Shown here: in pieces, positions 42,092-52,627 of the stretch
How positions within the stretch are numbered: the stretch's first letter is position 1
Layout: each line of letters opens with the position of its first letter
Assembly (NCBI GenBank): GCA_951813565.1
Contig: OX638351.1
Span: forward strand, 4,352,001-4,416,000
Reading direction: 5' to 3'
Source of the DNA: an uncultured Poribacteria bacterium
GTDB lineage: Bacteria > Poribacteria > WGA-4E > WGA-3G
DNA: 64,000 nt
Made by a program: the position numbers and the translations under genes
The notes under the pieces: model-generated
What the model was told of the DNA's origin: nothing
The model's database searches: none
Seen by the model: only the letters and a program-made list of their open reading frames with translations

Positions 42092-43111
42092 ATGAGTTAT
42101 CAACGCAGGATCATTATTGCCTTCAGTCTGTTGTTTGGTCTCCTTATCGTAGGAACCATCGGTTATTCAGTGCTTGAAAAGAATAATCCACTGGGTGAGT
42201 GGGATATTCTTGATGCTGTTTGGATGACCTTAATTACGGTAACAACAGCGGGTTATGGTGATATGGAGATGGGTAATGCCGGACGCATTTTCACCATGTT
42301 TCTACTTGTCGGCGGTGTTGGATTGTTCGTCTATTGTATTACCATCACAAATGCCATCCTGATTGAAGGACAATTGTTAAGTTTTTTCAAGCAGAGAAAG
42401 ATGATACGAACAGTGGAAAAATTATCAAACCATTATATTATCTGTGGAATTGGAGACACTGGCTTGCATGTCCTTGAGGAGATGCTCAAGGCAGAAGCCA
42501 GTTTTGTCGGGATTGAATTGGATGAGGAGCGTTTGGAACACCTCGCTGAAACCCACGATTTCTTATATCTGCACGGTGATGCAACCGATGATGATATGCT
42601 TATCCGTGCTGGTATTGATCGGGCAAAAGGGCTTGTTGCATGTCTGAGTCGCGATCAAGACAATCTGTTTGTCGTGATTTCTGCGAAAAAACTCAACCCA
42701 AATTTGCGGGTTGCTTCCAAAGCAGTAGAACATAATTCTCCTGATAAACTTGTGACCGCAGGCGCTGATGAAGTCGTTTTACCGGACCATATCGGTGGAA
42801 TTAGACTCGCCTCTGGCATACTTGAGCCGCATCTAATTGATTTTTTTGCTAAAATGCAGGTAAGTCGACAAACAACAAGGTTCGCAGAATCTATTATCCA
42901 ACCTGACTCTAAACTTAATGGAATTACAATAGAAGAAGCCAGTATAAAAGAAGAAACAGGGTTAGTTGTGATAGCAATTCGTAGTAAGGACGGAACGTAT
43001 ATCTATAATCCTTCAGGAGACTTGAAAATTGAAGCTGGGGATGCACTATTTGTAATTTCTGACCAAAGACAGCTGCAAACACTTCATAGACTTACCGAAG
43101 ATGCACGTTAA
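42092..43111 (+). CDS. Potassium channel with TrkA-N/C (RCK) domains
   Basis: TVTTAGYGD filter, HYIICG, GDATD. Confidence 0.92.
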   Translation: MSYQRRIIIAFSLLFGLLIVGTIGYSVLEKNNPLGEWDILDAVWMTLITVTTAGYGDMEMGNAGRIFTMFLLVGGVGLFVYCITITNAILIEGQLLSFFKQRKMIRTVEKLSNHYIICGIGDTGLHVLEEMLKAEASFVGIELDEERLEHLAETHDFLYLHGDATDDDMLIRAGIDRAKGLVACLSRDQDNLFVVISAKKLNPNLRVASKAVEHNSPDKLVTAGADEVVLPDHIGGIRLASGILEPHLIDFFAKMQVSRQTTRFAESIIQPDSKLNGITIEEASIKEETGLVVIAIRSKDGTYIYNPSGDLKIEAGDALFVISDQRQLQTLHRLTEDAR

Positions 43112-43152
43112 GGAAAATCAATTGTCTTAACATGAATTGAGATTGGACCTAT

Positions 43153-43785
43153 ATTATAGCGGATTCTACAATTAACTGGACATCTGAGCTGTCCGAGGGA
43201 ACTCCGATTCCCGACTATTAGTGGTTTGGTCGCGATTCGGAGATCGCTCCTACAGAATATATGTGAACTTATTTAACGTGAGCTTGATAATTAGAATGAG
43301 TATAGATGTCCGTTGGGTAGAGCGAAGCGAAACCCATAGGTGTAAACTTAAAGAAATTTACGCGTGCTAAATACCCAACTTATGAGATGACGATAGGTGC
43401 GCGTTGTAAGTGCGCTGTTTTATCTTCCTGTAGGAGCGACCTCCTGGTCGCGACATATTACGAACGGTCGCGAGCTGGAGCTCGCTCCTACAAGAAGAAA
43501 ATCGAGCGGACAAGGTTTCCCTCCTACAAGAGAAAATCCAGCATTTTTTCTTAAGTTGACACCTATGGGTAGAGCGAAGCGAAACCCAACAATTCAACCG
43601 TCTTGACAGTCCTAAAGAGTTGGGTTTCACTTATCTTTTCGAAAATATCGACCTCAAATAGGTCAACAACCTCTCTTTACGGTCTGTTTTTATTCTCCAT
43701 TTCCGTTCTACCCCACCGAATGCCGTAGGCGCATTCGGTGTTGATTCCCTACGGGATTTATCAAACTCACGTTAATTTACTATAA
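43153..43785. repeat. Nested MITE/REP mosaic
   Basis: MITE 43275-43773 contains IS231-like MITE 43335-43567, several GTAG REPs and an AATCAAC module at ~43716-43746. Confidence 0.75.
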
Positions 43786-43956
43786 AAGATGTGCCCACAT
43801 AGAAACCGAGTGATACCATTCGTAAGGGACACACTTAAAGTTAATACGGAAGTAACGCTTATCAGAGAAACACGGAAGGGTGGTGGTTTATTGTGTTCCA
43901 TTTCCCATCTAATACCCCAATAGTCCGTTGCAATTGGAAACCAATCAAAAGGATTG

Positions 43957-45350
43957 ATGATGAAAACTTTAGTTGTGAATCGAAATACAATTGTGTCAAT
44001 TTTCTTAGTCATTTTGTTGATATATGGGACACAAGGTATCAGTTACGGACAGGATGAAGCCCTGATTGAATTTGCTGATGCTAATTTAGCAAGGGCAGTC
44101 CGCGAAGCATTAGGTCTTGGTACTGGAGATGGCGTTGACCTTCTTAAAATTCCAAAAGTGGAATTGGAAAAATTAACAACGTTAGATGCCTCAGACAAAA
44201 ATATAATTGATCTCACTGGCTTAGAACACGCGTCACAACTGACAGAGTTATATCTTGATGAGAATCAAATCAGCGACATCACCCCTCTTGCACAACTTAC
44301 ACAACTGACGAGGTTAAGCCTTCGGGAGAATCAAATCAGCGATGTCACGCCTCTGGCAGGATTGATATCTCTTAAATTGCTCCGCCTTTTGAATAATCCT
44401 ATTAAGAGTAAGTCCCCACTTCACGCGCTCCGGGATGCGAATCCAGATGTGGATTTAGATATTACAATCTATGATTATATAGAAGGTCCGTGGCTCTGGA
44501 TGATTGCACCTGGTGGACTCTTAAACGCTGATAATCTCGCCGCATCAAGTGAAGGCATGATTACGGAGACGCAGATCGCTCAAAACGGTGTTAGTGAGGG
44601 AGATCACTTTAACTCGTTGCAATGGACAAGCGGACGTTTACTGCCAACCAGAGTTTGCGGTATTTTCTTATGTTCGTCAGATAATGTCATCAATGTGGTT
44701 AGACAGATTGGGTTGACCGATAGTAAGCAACTAACTCAATATTCTGCTTATGCCTTGATTAACCTTTTCTCTCCACGCGAACAAAAAAATGTTTTGATGG
44801 GGGTAGGAAGCGATGATTCTATTAAAGTTTGGCTCAATGGCGAGGTTGTTTACATAAACGATACTACAAGAAGGATACAAAACCGGTTTCGTGTAGATCT
44901 GAATGCTGGTAATAATCTGCTGTTAATTAAAGTTTGCAACCATGGTAGTTGGAAGCATTCTCTTTGGACTACTAATGATGATTGGGGTATGTTTTTAAAA
45001 TCTACCTTGATCCTGCGGATTATACCATATCTCTTCCAATGCGGGATTCCAATAGTCAACAACCCGTGACATCTGAAGTGCCTGAAGTAACTGAAACTCC
45101 TGAAACGTGGATACCCTACCACTTAGCAAAAGACGCGGAGGTTACACTGCATATCTATGCGGTGAACGGCACATTTGTGCGGACGTTGACGCTTGGACAT
45201 CAACCTGCCGGGTTATATCAAAACCGTTCTCGTGCGGCATATTGGGATGGCAAAAACGAATTCGGTGAAGCTGTGGCGAGTGGTGTCTATTTCTATACGC
45301 TTACTGCAAGTGATTTCTCTACTACGCGGAAGATGCTGATACGGAAGTAA
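43957..45350 (+). pseudogene. Secreted LRR protein with FlgD-like C-terminal domain, frameshifted
   Basis: LRR repeats; GSDDSIKVWLNG; frame change in the T-run at ~44992 (WGMF/FKIY); C-terminus PETWIPY...YWDGKN...ASGVYFY...RKMLIRK. Confidence 0.75.
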
Positions 45351-45358
45351 ACCCAACC

Positions 45359-46237
45359 ATGTTAAGCCCTGAATTTCTCACCAAACTTGAGCCACTCCGC
45401 ATCCATTGCCAACAACCGTTTCGTGGGAAATTCAGAGGTGATCGTCGCAGTCTTAATCGTGGAACTGGGGTGGAATTTGCTGATTACCGTCTCTATGAAC
45501 ATGGGGATGATCTCCGTTATCTTGACTGGAATGTTTATGCTCGTTTGGAAAAGTTGTTTATCAAATTATTCCAAGCAGACGAAGAATTGGCGATCTCTAT
45601 TTTGATAGATACAAGCCGTTCAATGGAGTTTGGCGATCCTTCGAAGTTAACCTATGCAAAACAGATTGCTGCTGCGTTAGGTTATATCACTTTGGCAAAT
45701 TCGGATCGCGTGTCGTTATATACTTTGGCGGAGCGTCTGTTTTCGGCATTACCATCCACTTATGGAAAATCACAATATCCACGTTTTCAGAAAGCACTTG
45801 CGACGATTGAAGCAGATGGGACAACGCATTTGACAGAATGTCTAAAACATTTGGCAGCGTCCCAACCGAAAGCGGGTGTTACGATCATTCTGAGCGATTT
45901 CTTGGATTCTGCAGGTTATTCAGAGGGTATCAATTCGTTGTTAGGACGTGGATTCGTGCTAACATTAATCCACGTTCAATGCCCTGAAGAAATTGATCCA
46001 CCACCTCCCGGTGAGTGGCGGCTGGAAGACGCTGAAACCAACGAGACAAAAGAAATTACGATCAACGAAGAGACTATCGCGCACTACCTAAACCGTCAAA
46101 AAGAATTCTGTAATAACTTACACCGATTTTGTATAGAGCGGGGTATCGGCTATATCCGAATAAATACGGATGTCTCGTTTGAGGCTGTTATTTTACAGGA
46201 TATGCAACGTGCAGGGTTTATTCAGCGAAAACGTTGA
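45359..46237 (+). CDS. DUF58 (vWA-like) protein
   Basis: EFADYRLY..GDDLRYLDW, DTSRSM, SDF. Confidence 0.9.
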   Translation: MLSPEFLTKLEPLRIHCQQPFRGKFRGDRRSLNRGTGVEFADYRLYEHGDDLRYLDWNVYARLEKLFIKLFQADEELAISILIDTSRSMEFGDPSKLTYAKQIAAALGYITLANSDRVSLYTLAERLFSALPSTYGKSQYPRFQKALATIEADGTTHLTECLKHLAASQPKAGVTIILSDFLDSAGYSEGINSLLGRGFVLTLIHVQCPEEIDPPPPGEWRLEDAETNETKEITINEETIAHYLNRQKEFCNNLHRFCIERGIGYIRINTDVSFEAVILQDMQRAGFIQRKR

Positions 46238-46269
46238 AAACCATTGTGGTATTTAGCGAGGATAATGAT

Positions 46270-46812
46270 ATGCAAAAACAGTTTACACAAGCAAAATTAG
46301 AACTTGTCCAAGGTGATATAACGAAAGCAGAAATTGATGCGATTGTAAACGCAGCAAACGAAAAACTGATCGGTGGCGGCGGTGTAGACGGAGCGATTCG
46401 TAGGGCTGGTGGGGATGCGGTTGTAAAGGCGTGCGACGTAATTCGTGCGCAGCAAGGAGGTTGTCCGACAGGCAAAGCAGTTATTACCACAGGCGGCAAC
46501 TTACCAGCACAATATATCATCCACACTGTTGGTCCGATTTGGCAGGGAGGCAATGCGGGTGAGGCTGCGCTTCTCGCAAGTTGTTATAAAGAGAGTCTTC
46601 AGTTAGCTGCAGAAAACGAAGTGAAATCAATCGCTTTTCCATCAATTAGCACAGGGGTTTATGGATACCCAACAAAAAATGCGGCGAGTGTTGCACTTGA
46701 GACCATTCGTGACTTGGCAGAAAGTAATGCTATGATACCAGAACTAATCCAATTTGTTTTATTCGATGATGCAACCTATAGTTGTTACGCAGATGCGCTT
46801 TCGGATATTTGA
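46270..46812 (+). CDS. Macrodomain O-acetyl-ADP-ribose deacetylase (YmdB-like)
   Basis: GDIT, IVNAAN, GGGGVDGAI, HTVGP, ISTGVYGYP. Confidence 0.92.
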   Translation: MQKQFTQAKLELVQGDITKAEIDAIVNAANEKLIGGGGVDGAIRRAGGDAVVKACDVIRAQQGGCPTGKAVITTGGNLPAQYIIHTVGPIWQGGNAGEAALLASCYKESLQLAAENEVKSIAFPSISTGVYGYPTKNAASVALETIRDLAESNAMIPELIQFVLFDDATYSCYADALSDI

Positions 46813-46886
46813 ACAGTGGGATACATTGTGTTATATGAGATAGAATCCACCTACCGTCAAGCATGTTTCTGCTACGATTATACTTA

Positions 46887-47087
46887 TACCATTTCTAAAA
46901 AATGAGACTTCATTGTGAAATTATCGGTTCAAGCTGAGTTGAAGAATGTCCGAGGCGCCAAATGCCAAACGCAGAATCAACGCCGAGCGCGCGTATGGCA
47001 CTCGTCGCATTTGGCGTTGATTTGGCAATGAATTGCGCGACTACAAACGTGTTTTTTGTTAATGAAGGCGATCAATTAGAAATGGTA
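46887..47087. mobile_element. MITE containing a REP and nested AATCAAC modules
   Basis: TIRs TACCATTTCTAA and TTAGAAATGGTA; a shorter copy lies at 50160-50226. Confidence 0.7.
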
Positions 47088-47144
47088 TTACAAGACGTGA
47101 CTATTACGCAAAACCTCCGACGTACCTAAGGGAGTCGCTCAAGT

Positions 47145-48326
47145 TTGGCATCCAGCAATTTTAGCCGGGCATCATTAATTCTGCCCATCTACCTCCCTGC
47201 CTTACTTCTCTCAACAGGCGCGGGGATCATCTCTCCAACACTCCCTATCTATATCAAATCGTTTGAGTTATCCTATACGTTGACGACTTTCGTAATTGCA
47301 GTTGGCGTTGTAGGGAATATCCCTGCTGGTGTGTTAGTAGCGCGAATTGGCAGAAAACCTGCGATGCTGCTTGGCTTGGTAATGATAGGTTTTTCAGCAA
47401 TTGGTATGGGAACAGCCCGAAACATTTGGCATCTTTTCGGGGCGCAGTTAGTTGGGGGTGTCGGTAATGCGTTGTGGATGCTCTCTCGACATGCCTATAT
47501 GGCAGATGTAATTCCGTTGGCAAAACGTGGAAGATCAATCGCGTTGTTTGGCGGTGTCAATCGGATGGGAACTTTCGCTGGAAAGTTTGGCGCAATCTTC
47601 CTTGGGGTGAACCTACGTCTCCCATTCTTTGTATATACAGCATTTGCTGTGATAACATTAATCATCTGCTTCTTCTCTATACCCGGAACAAAACAGGAGT
47701 CAAAGACTCATCCGCAAAAAGCCCAACAACCCTATCTAAAACAACTTCTTCATGTGTCAAAACAGCATTTTGAACTCTTGGCAACAGCTGGCATAGGACA
47801 GGTCTGTGTTCAGACACTACGGCGCGGATGTCATATCATCATTCCGCTTTATGCAAATGATGTCGCAGGTTTAACGACACGAGACGTGCGTTTAGTAGAA
47901 ATGATTTCTTCGTCCGTTGATATGTCAATGTTCCCTGTGGCTGGGTTTATGATGGATCGTTTCGGTAGGCGATACGCAACGGTGCCGGGTATCTATATCT
48001 TTGCTACGGGTATGGTGTTGATGCCATTTACGCATACGTTTACATGGCTTCTATTGGCGGCAATTGTGATGCGATTTGGTAACGGAATCGCATCAGGAAC
48101 AATGATGACACTCGGTGCGGATTTAGCACCGAAGGAAGGTACTGGAGAATTCCTTGGGTTGTGGCGACTTACTGGGGATTTTGGTGGTTCCGCGGGACCT
48201 GTCGTTGTTGGAAATATCGCGGATCTATTTGGATTGGGTTTTTCGGGTTTTGCTTTAGGCGGAATTGGTTACCTTGCGGTCGGTATCTTCCTCTGGTTAG
48301 TTCCAGAGACGCTGCAAAGGGAATAA
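47145..48326 (+). CDS. MFS transporter
   Basis: Many TM helices; GVLVARIGRK and GFMMDRFGRR. Confidence 0.9.
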   Translation: MASSNFSRASLILPIYLPALLLSTGAGIISPTLPIYIKSFELSYTLTTFVIAVGVVGNIPAGVLVARIGRKPAMLLGLVMIGFSAIGMGTARNIWHLFGAQLVGGVGNALWMLSRHAYMADVIPLAKRGRSIALFGGVNRMGTFAGKFGAIFLGVNLRLPFFVYTAFAVITLIICFFSIPGTKQESKTHPQKAQQPYLKQLLHVSKQHFELLATAGIGQVCVQTLRRGCHIIIPLYANDVAGLTTRDVRLVEMISSSVDMSMFPVAGFMMDRFGRRYATVPGIYIFATGMVLMPFTHTFTWLLLAAIVMRFGNGIASGTMMTLGADLAPKEGTGEFLGLWRLTGDFGGSAGPVVVGNIADLFGLGFSGFALGGIGYLAVGIFLWLVPETLQRE

Positions 48327-48328
48327 CA

Positions 48329-48414
48329 TGCCGGGAAAGGGACTCGAACCCTTACGCGCGAAATGCACACTAGAACCTGAATCTAGCCTGTCTACCAAAT
48401 TCCAGCATCCCGGC
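48329..48414 (-). tRNA. tRNA-Leu(CAG)
   Basis: GCCGGGA acceptor stem, anticodon arm CTAGA-TTCAGGT-TCTAG, long variable arm, GGTTCGAGTCC; CCA is not encoded. Confidence 0.95.
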
Positions 48415-48567
48415 TTAATAGATAATACAAGTATACACAGATTGCTGAGAAAAGTCAAATTAAAAGCGTAAATATGGTATAATCTTAATATGATATTGGG
48501 TTGATGCAAAATGGTTTTGGAGTAGCATAATTACAAAGAAGTCCGCAAATGTAACGGAGAAAAAACG

Positions 48568-49095
48568 ATGAAACGTTACCTATATATCCTCTTACTGATA
48601 TGTGCTTGCGTAATAGTTTTGGGATGCCAATCAAAAGCATTCCAAATGCTAATTGAACCGCAGGAATAGGAGAATCTTTCGGTTGCAGATGGTGTAACCT
48701 GTACTGCGCCAGAAATGATAGATGGTAATCTAAAAACAGTTGGGTATGCGAAGGGCAGATGGATTCATTTGACACTCCCCACCCGAAAAACTATCCATCG
48801 TATTATCATCCGTGGCACAAACATTACAGATGCAATTTTGTATAAGCAGTTAGAAGGTGACGGACGTTGGCAAGCGATTCTGGAGGTTCATAACAACCGA
48901 GGTAATGCGATTGAGATGCTTAGGAGTATTGTGGCACAATCATTACGTATTTTTGTCGGTGGCACATCCGAAGATAAACGCAGAGCCCCCCAATATTCTC
49001 ATCTGCCTGGCGGCATCGTGCAGCGAAAGGCATTAGGTAAACCGTTCGCTCAGGAAATTGAGGTATACGGACTTATATCAAAGGACAAAAAATGA
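48568..49095 (+). pseudogene. Disrupted lipoprotein (possibly discoidin-like fold)
   Basis: RBS plus MKRYLYI; frameshift to LLICACVIVLGC; in-frame TAG at 48667; continues into ORF 48715-49095. Confidence 0.6.
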
Positions 49096-50156
49096 AACGT
49101 TTGATTTTTGAAGATACTTATAGTTGGTCAGTATTTAGTGAGGCACGGCAGATAGATTTTAACGGACATTTATGGGTTAGAGACGAGGGAAATATCGCAA
49201 TTGATCCAGTTGCAACGTGCGATGCCGACCGTGTCCAATTTGAAGGACTTGGTGGTGCGAAATGGATTGTTATTACAAATCGTGACCATGAACGAGAAGC
49301 TGCTGCCTTACAGGAATGGACAGGGGCTGAAGTGATTGTGCATGAAGCGGATGCTGATTTGCTTGAGATTAAACCGTCTCGAACAATCCGTGATGGCGAA
49401 ACTATTGTTCCCGGATTACAAGCTGTGCATCTCCCGTTTGGCAAAAGCCCTGGAGAAATAGCGCTCTATTTTTCTCAGAAAAATGCAATCCTTTTTGGAG
49501 ATATAGTTGCTGGTGAACCGATGGGACGCTTGACACTACTTGCAGATGATAAATTAGAAGATGCCCCAAAAGCTGCGATGCAACTGCGCAAGGTGTTAGC
49601 ACTGAATTTCAACGCAGTCCTTGTTGGAGACGGACACTCCCTCTTTAGAGAAGGACGGCAAGAATTGGTGGAGTGCCTGCAGGCACGGAGCGATATCTAT
49701 ATCAATCGTATCAACATTGATGAAATTGAGTGGGCGCATAGAGATGCACCAAACCCTTACGGTTTTGAATATAAAGACATTGACCCGCTTATCGGTGCTA
49801 AAAATATAGGATACTGCGTTTACCGTCTACAACCGGGCAAGGCGAGTTTCCCGATGCACCTGCACCATTTTGGCGAGGAGATGTGTTACGTCATGGAAGG
49901 CACTTGTACACTCAAAACGCCGCGGGACGATCTTGAAGTGCGACAAGGCGATTTCATTGCGTTTCCACCTGGTCCGGTCGGCACACATAAGTTCGTAAAT
50001 GAAGGTGATGCGCCAGTTATACTGTTTATACTTGGTACTACTACCCCACACGATGTGAGTGAATATCCGGATTCTAACAAGGTGTTACCTTATGTGATTA
50101 GGGAAATTTATCGGAAAGGTGAGAGTCTAAATTATTTTGATGGCGAGGTGGAATAG
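49092..50156 (+). CDS. MBL-fold plus cupin fusion protein
   Basis: TNRDH, VHEAD, GKSPG, GD, GDG; cupin HLHHFGEE...GD...H. Confidence 0.8.
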   Translation: MKRLIFEDTYSWSVFSEARQIDFNGHLWVRDEGNIAIDPVATCDADRVQFEGLGGAKWIVITNRDHEREAAALQEWTGAEVIVHEADADLLEIKPSRTIRDGETIVPGLQAVHLPFGKSPGEIALYFSQKNAILFGDIVAGEPMGRLTLLADDKLEDAPKAAMQLRKVLALNFNAVLVGDGHSLFREGRQELVECLQARSDIYINRINIDEIEWAHRDAPNPYGFEYKDIDPLIGAKNIGYCVYRLQPGKASFPMHLHHFGEEMCYVMEGTCTLKTPRDDLEVRQGDFIAFPPGPVGTHKFVNEGDAPVILFILGTTTPHDVSEYPDSNKVLPYVIREIYRKGESLNYFDGEVE

Positions 50157-50226
50157 TTATACCATTTCTAATTGACGAATTGTCCCGACCTACGAAATAA
50201 TGTCCTATTATCATATAGAAATGGTA

Positions 50227-51594
50227 TTAGGTATGCCTAACTTTCGACCTACGTACCTCTTGGTTTTCTTTTGCTCGCGCATCTTCAAGATCAGGGTCAA
50301 CAATAGCATGCAGAGCATCTTCTAATTCACTACGTATTGCAGCATATTCAGGCATTAACGCCAAATCTTCGTTTTCAAGTGGATCAACCTCCACATTGAA
50401 CAGCTGCGGTTGGCTTCCGACGTAGTGACATAGTTTGTAATCCCCACGTTTGAGCATAAATCCAGCGTTTAGCATGCCCATGTGGTGGTATTCTGAGAAG
50501 ACGGAACGCGTTGTTTTGCCTGATTGTTTATTGGCAATTTCCAGTAGACTGTCACCCGGTAAATCGGACGGTTTTTCTAAACCGGCAATTTCTAATAAAG
50601 TTGGTAAAACATCTACCAAAGAGACATTTTGCTTTACACGACCAATTTTACCCGAAGGCAAGCGCAACATTAAAGGCACTTTTACTGCCGGTTCGTAGAA
50701 ACACTGCTTTTGCCAAATGCCGTGGTACCCTCCCATTTCACCATGATCGCTGGTGTAGATAACGACTGTGTTTTCACGTAACGGCGACGTATCAATGGCT
50801 TCTAATACCCGTCCAATCTGCGCATCAAGAGACGAAACAAGCGCATAATAGGAGGCTAACGCACAGCGGACAGTTTCTTCTGGTGGCGGAATGTCGTTAC
50901 GCCACGCCCAACGGTGGTGCTGGATTACGGGGTGCTGTGATTCAAGTGGTTCGTTCCACGTTTCTGGCAGCGCAAGTGTGTCCGGATCGTACCATGAGAA
51001 AAACTCAGGTGGTGCAATCAGTGGAAAGTGCGGGTGCATGAATCCACAATAAAGCAGGAAAGGTTTATCGTCTGGTGCATCAACTTTTCTGCGGAGAAAA
51101 TCTACTGCCAAGTCCGCAACCTTTCGGTCATACCTTGTGTGTTCGTGATCTCCTGGACCACATTCAGTAACGTGTGAATTGGAACCCCGACGTGCATCCG
51201 CAGTGCGTCGTGGCGGATTCCCTTTTATGTTGCACCACCGTGGCAGATCATCCAATAAGCGATCAGAAAAACCGAGAAGCCGATCCGTCCCATTGAAATG
51301 TGTGCGTCCACACAACACGGTCTCATAACCCGCCTCTGTCAAATAATCTCCCCACGTTTTGTATTTCCGATCAAGTATTGCCCCTAAATCCCATGCTTCA
51401 ATCTGATGCAGATAACGTCCTGTAAGCATAGACAAACGTGATGGCGTACAGATTGGGCTATTGCAATACGCGTTATCATAAGTGTAGCACTGTTCGGAAA
51501 GACGGTCAAGGTGCGGTGTACGGACAACTGGATGTCCGCTATGCCCCATCATCGTTCCTGTGTGTTCATCTGAGAATAGAAAAACGATATTCAT
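50227..51594 (-). CDS. Sulfatase (choline-sulfatase-like)
   Basis: SDEH, CTPSR, PHFP, SDHG. Confidence 0.92.
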   Translation of the reverse strand: MNIVFLFSDEHTGTMMGHSGHPVVRTPHLDRLSEQCYTYDNAYCNSPICTPSRLSMLTGRYLHQIEAWDLGAILDRKYKTWGDYLTEAGYETVLCGRTHFNGTDRLLGFSDRLLDDLPRWCNIKGNPPRRTADARRGSNSHVTECGPGDHEHTRYDRKVADLAVDFLRRKVDAPDDKPFLLYCGFMHPHFPLIAPPEFFSWYDPDTLALPETWNEPLESQHPVIQHHRWAWRNDIPPPEETVRCALASYYALVSSLDAQIGRVLEAIDTSPLRENTVVIYTSDHGEMGGYHGIWQKQCFYEPAVKVPLMLRLPSGKIGRVKQNVSLVDVLPTLLEIAGLEKPSDLPGDSLLEIANKQSGKTTRSVFSEYHHMGMLNAGFMLKRGDYKLCHYVGSQPQLFNVEVDPLENEDLALMPEYAAIRSELEDALHAIVDPDLEDARAKENQEVRRSKVRHT

Positions 51595-51599
51595 TAAAT

Positions 51600-52565
51600 C
51601 TAATCATCATCGTCATCATCGTCGTGGTCGTCGTCATCATCATCGTCGTCATCATCGTGGTCGTCGTCATCATCATCGTCATCATCATCGTGGTCGTCGT
51701 CATCATCATCATCATCGTCGTAATCGTCATCATCGTCGTAATCGTCATCATCATCATCGTCATAACGAAAGTTAGGAAAATCTGCCGGGTCTTGCTGATT
51801 TATCCAATCAATAAAGAGTTGAATTTCCGCATTGGGCAACCGGGGTCCGTCAGGAGGCATTCTCCCTGAAACAATTTCTTCTATAATATCGCTGCTTCGG
51901 GCATTACCTGGGACAAATACATCCTCATCCTCTGCGCTTCTTATGAAAGTTTGGTATGTTCTGAAATCGAGATTGTCGGGTCCATTGGCATCATGACAAC
52001 CAGAATAAGCACACTTTGCTGTGAGGATAGGTAACAGGTGTTGTTCAAAGGAAACTGTCTGGCCAGTCGGTACCGGGGTTTGTGGTTGAGGTGATTCATC
52101 AACGGGAGTATCAACGGTTGCCGCTTGATTATTAATCCAATCAGTAAAAGCTTGGATTTCTGCCTCGCTCAACTTGGGACCACCAAGCGGCATTCTACCT
52201 GAAACAATTTCTGCAATAATAGAACTCCCTTGAGCATCACCTGGAATGAATACAGGTCCTCCATCTCCGCCTTTTATGAAAGCTTGATATGTGCTGAAGT
52301 CAAGGTTTTTTGGTCCTCCAGCGACGTGACAACCCGCATACGCGCATTTTGCGGTGAGAATAGGTGAAAGGTTCTGTTCAAAAGAGACTTCAGCGTTAGC
52401 AGTTTCACCACTTCCCACATGGGGAGACTGTGTGTTAGGAGGCTGTACATCTTCGGATAAAATATTATCGGGCAGTAAAATATTACCTTGCGGAGAATCG
52501 CATCCAAAGAAACAAAATAACAATCCGACGGTTAGCAGGAAAAATCTCTGTATATCTTTAAACAT
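51600..52565 (-). CDS. Lipoprotein with two planctomycete-type cytochrome c domains and an Asp-rich tail
   Basis: Lipobox FFGC; CAYAGCH and CAYSGCH, GRMP, WI; ~55-aa poly-Asp C-terminus. Confidence 0.78.
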   Translation of the reverse strand: MFKDIQRFFLLTVGLLFCFFGCDSPQGNILLPDNILSEDVQPPNTQSPHVGSGETANAEVSFEQNLSPILTAKCAYAGCHVAGGPKNLDFSTYQAFIKGGDGGPVFIPGDAQGSSIIAEIVSGRMPLGGPKLSEAEIQAFTDWINNQAATVDTPVDESPQPQTPVPTGQTVSFEQHLLPILTAKCAYSGCHDANGPDNLDFRTYQTFIRSAEDEDVFVPGNARSSDIIEEIVSGRMPPDGPRLPNAEIQLFIDWINQQDPADFPNFRYDDDDDDDYDDDDDYDDDDDDDDDHDDDDDDDDDDHDDDDDDDDDDHDDDDDDD

Positions 52566-52627
52566 AATAACCAACCTTTCTAATACTGTTTATGGTGAAA
52601 TATGGAAATAATTGGACACCTCACCTG

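Noticed and set aside
48329..48414. tRNA as an island integration site
   Set aside because: No integrase and no duplicated tRNA 3' end were noticed.
51438..51869. His/Arg-rich, Ile/Val-rich and Met/Thr-rich ORFs
   Set aside because: These are alternate frames of the poly-Asp codons.
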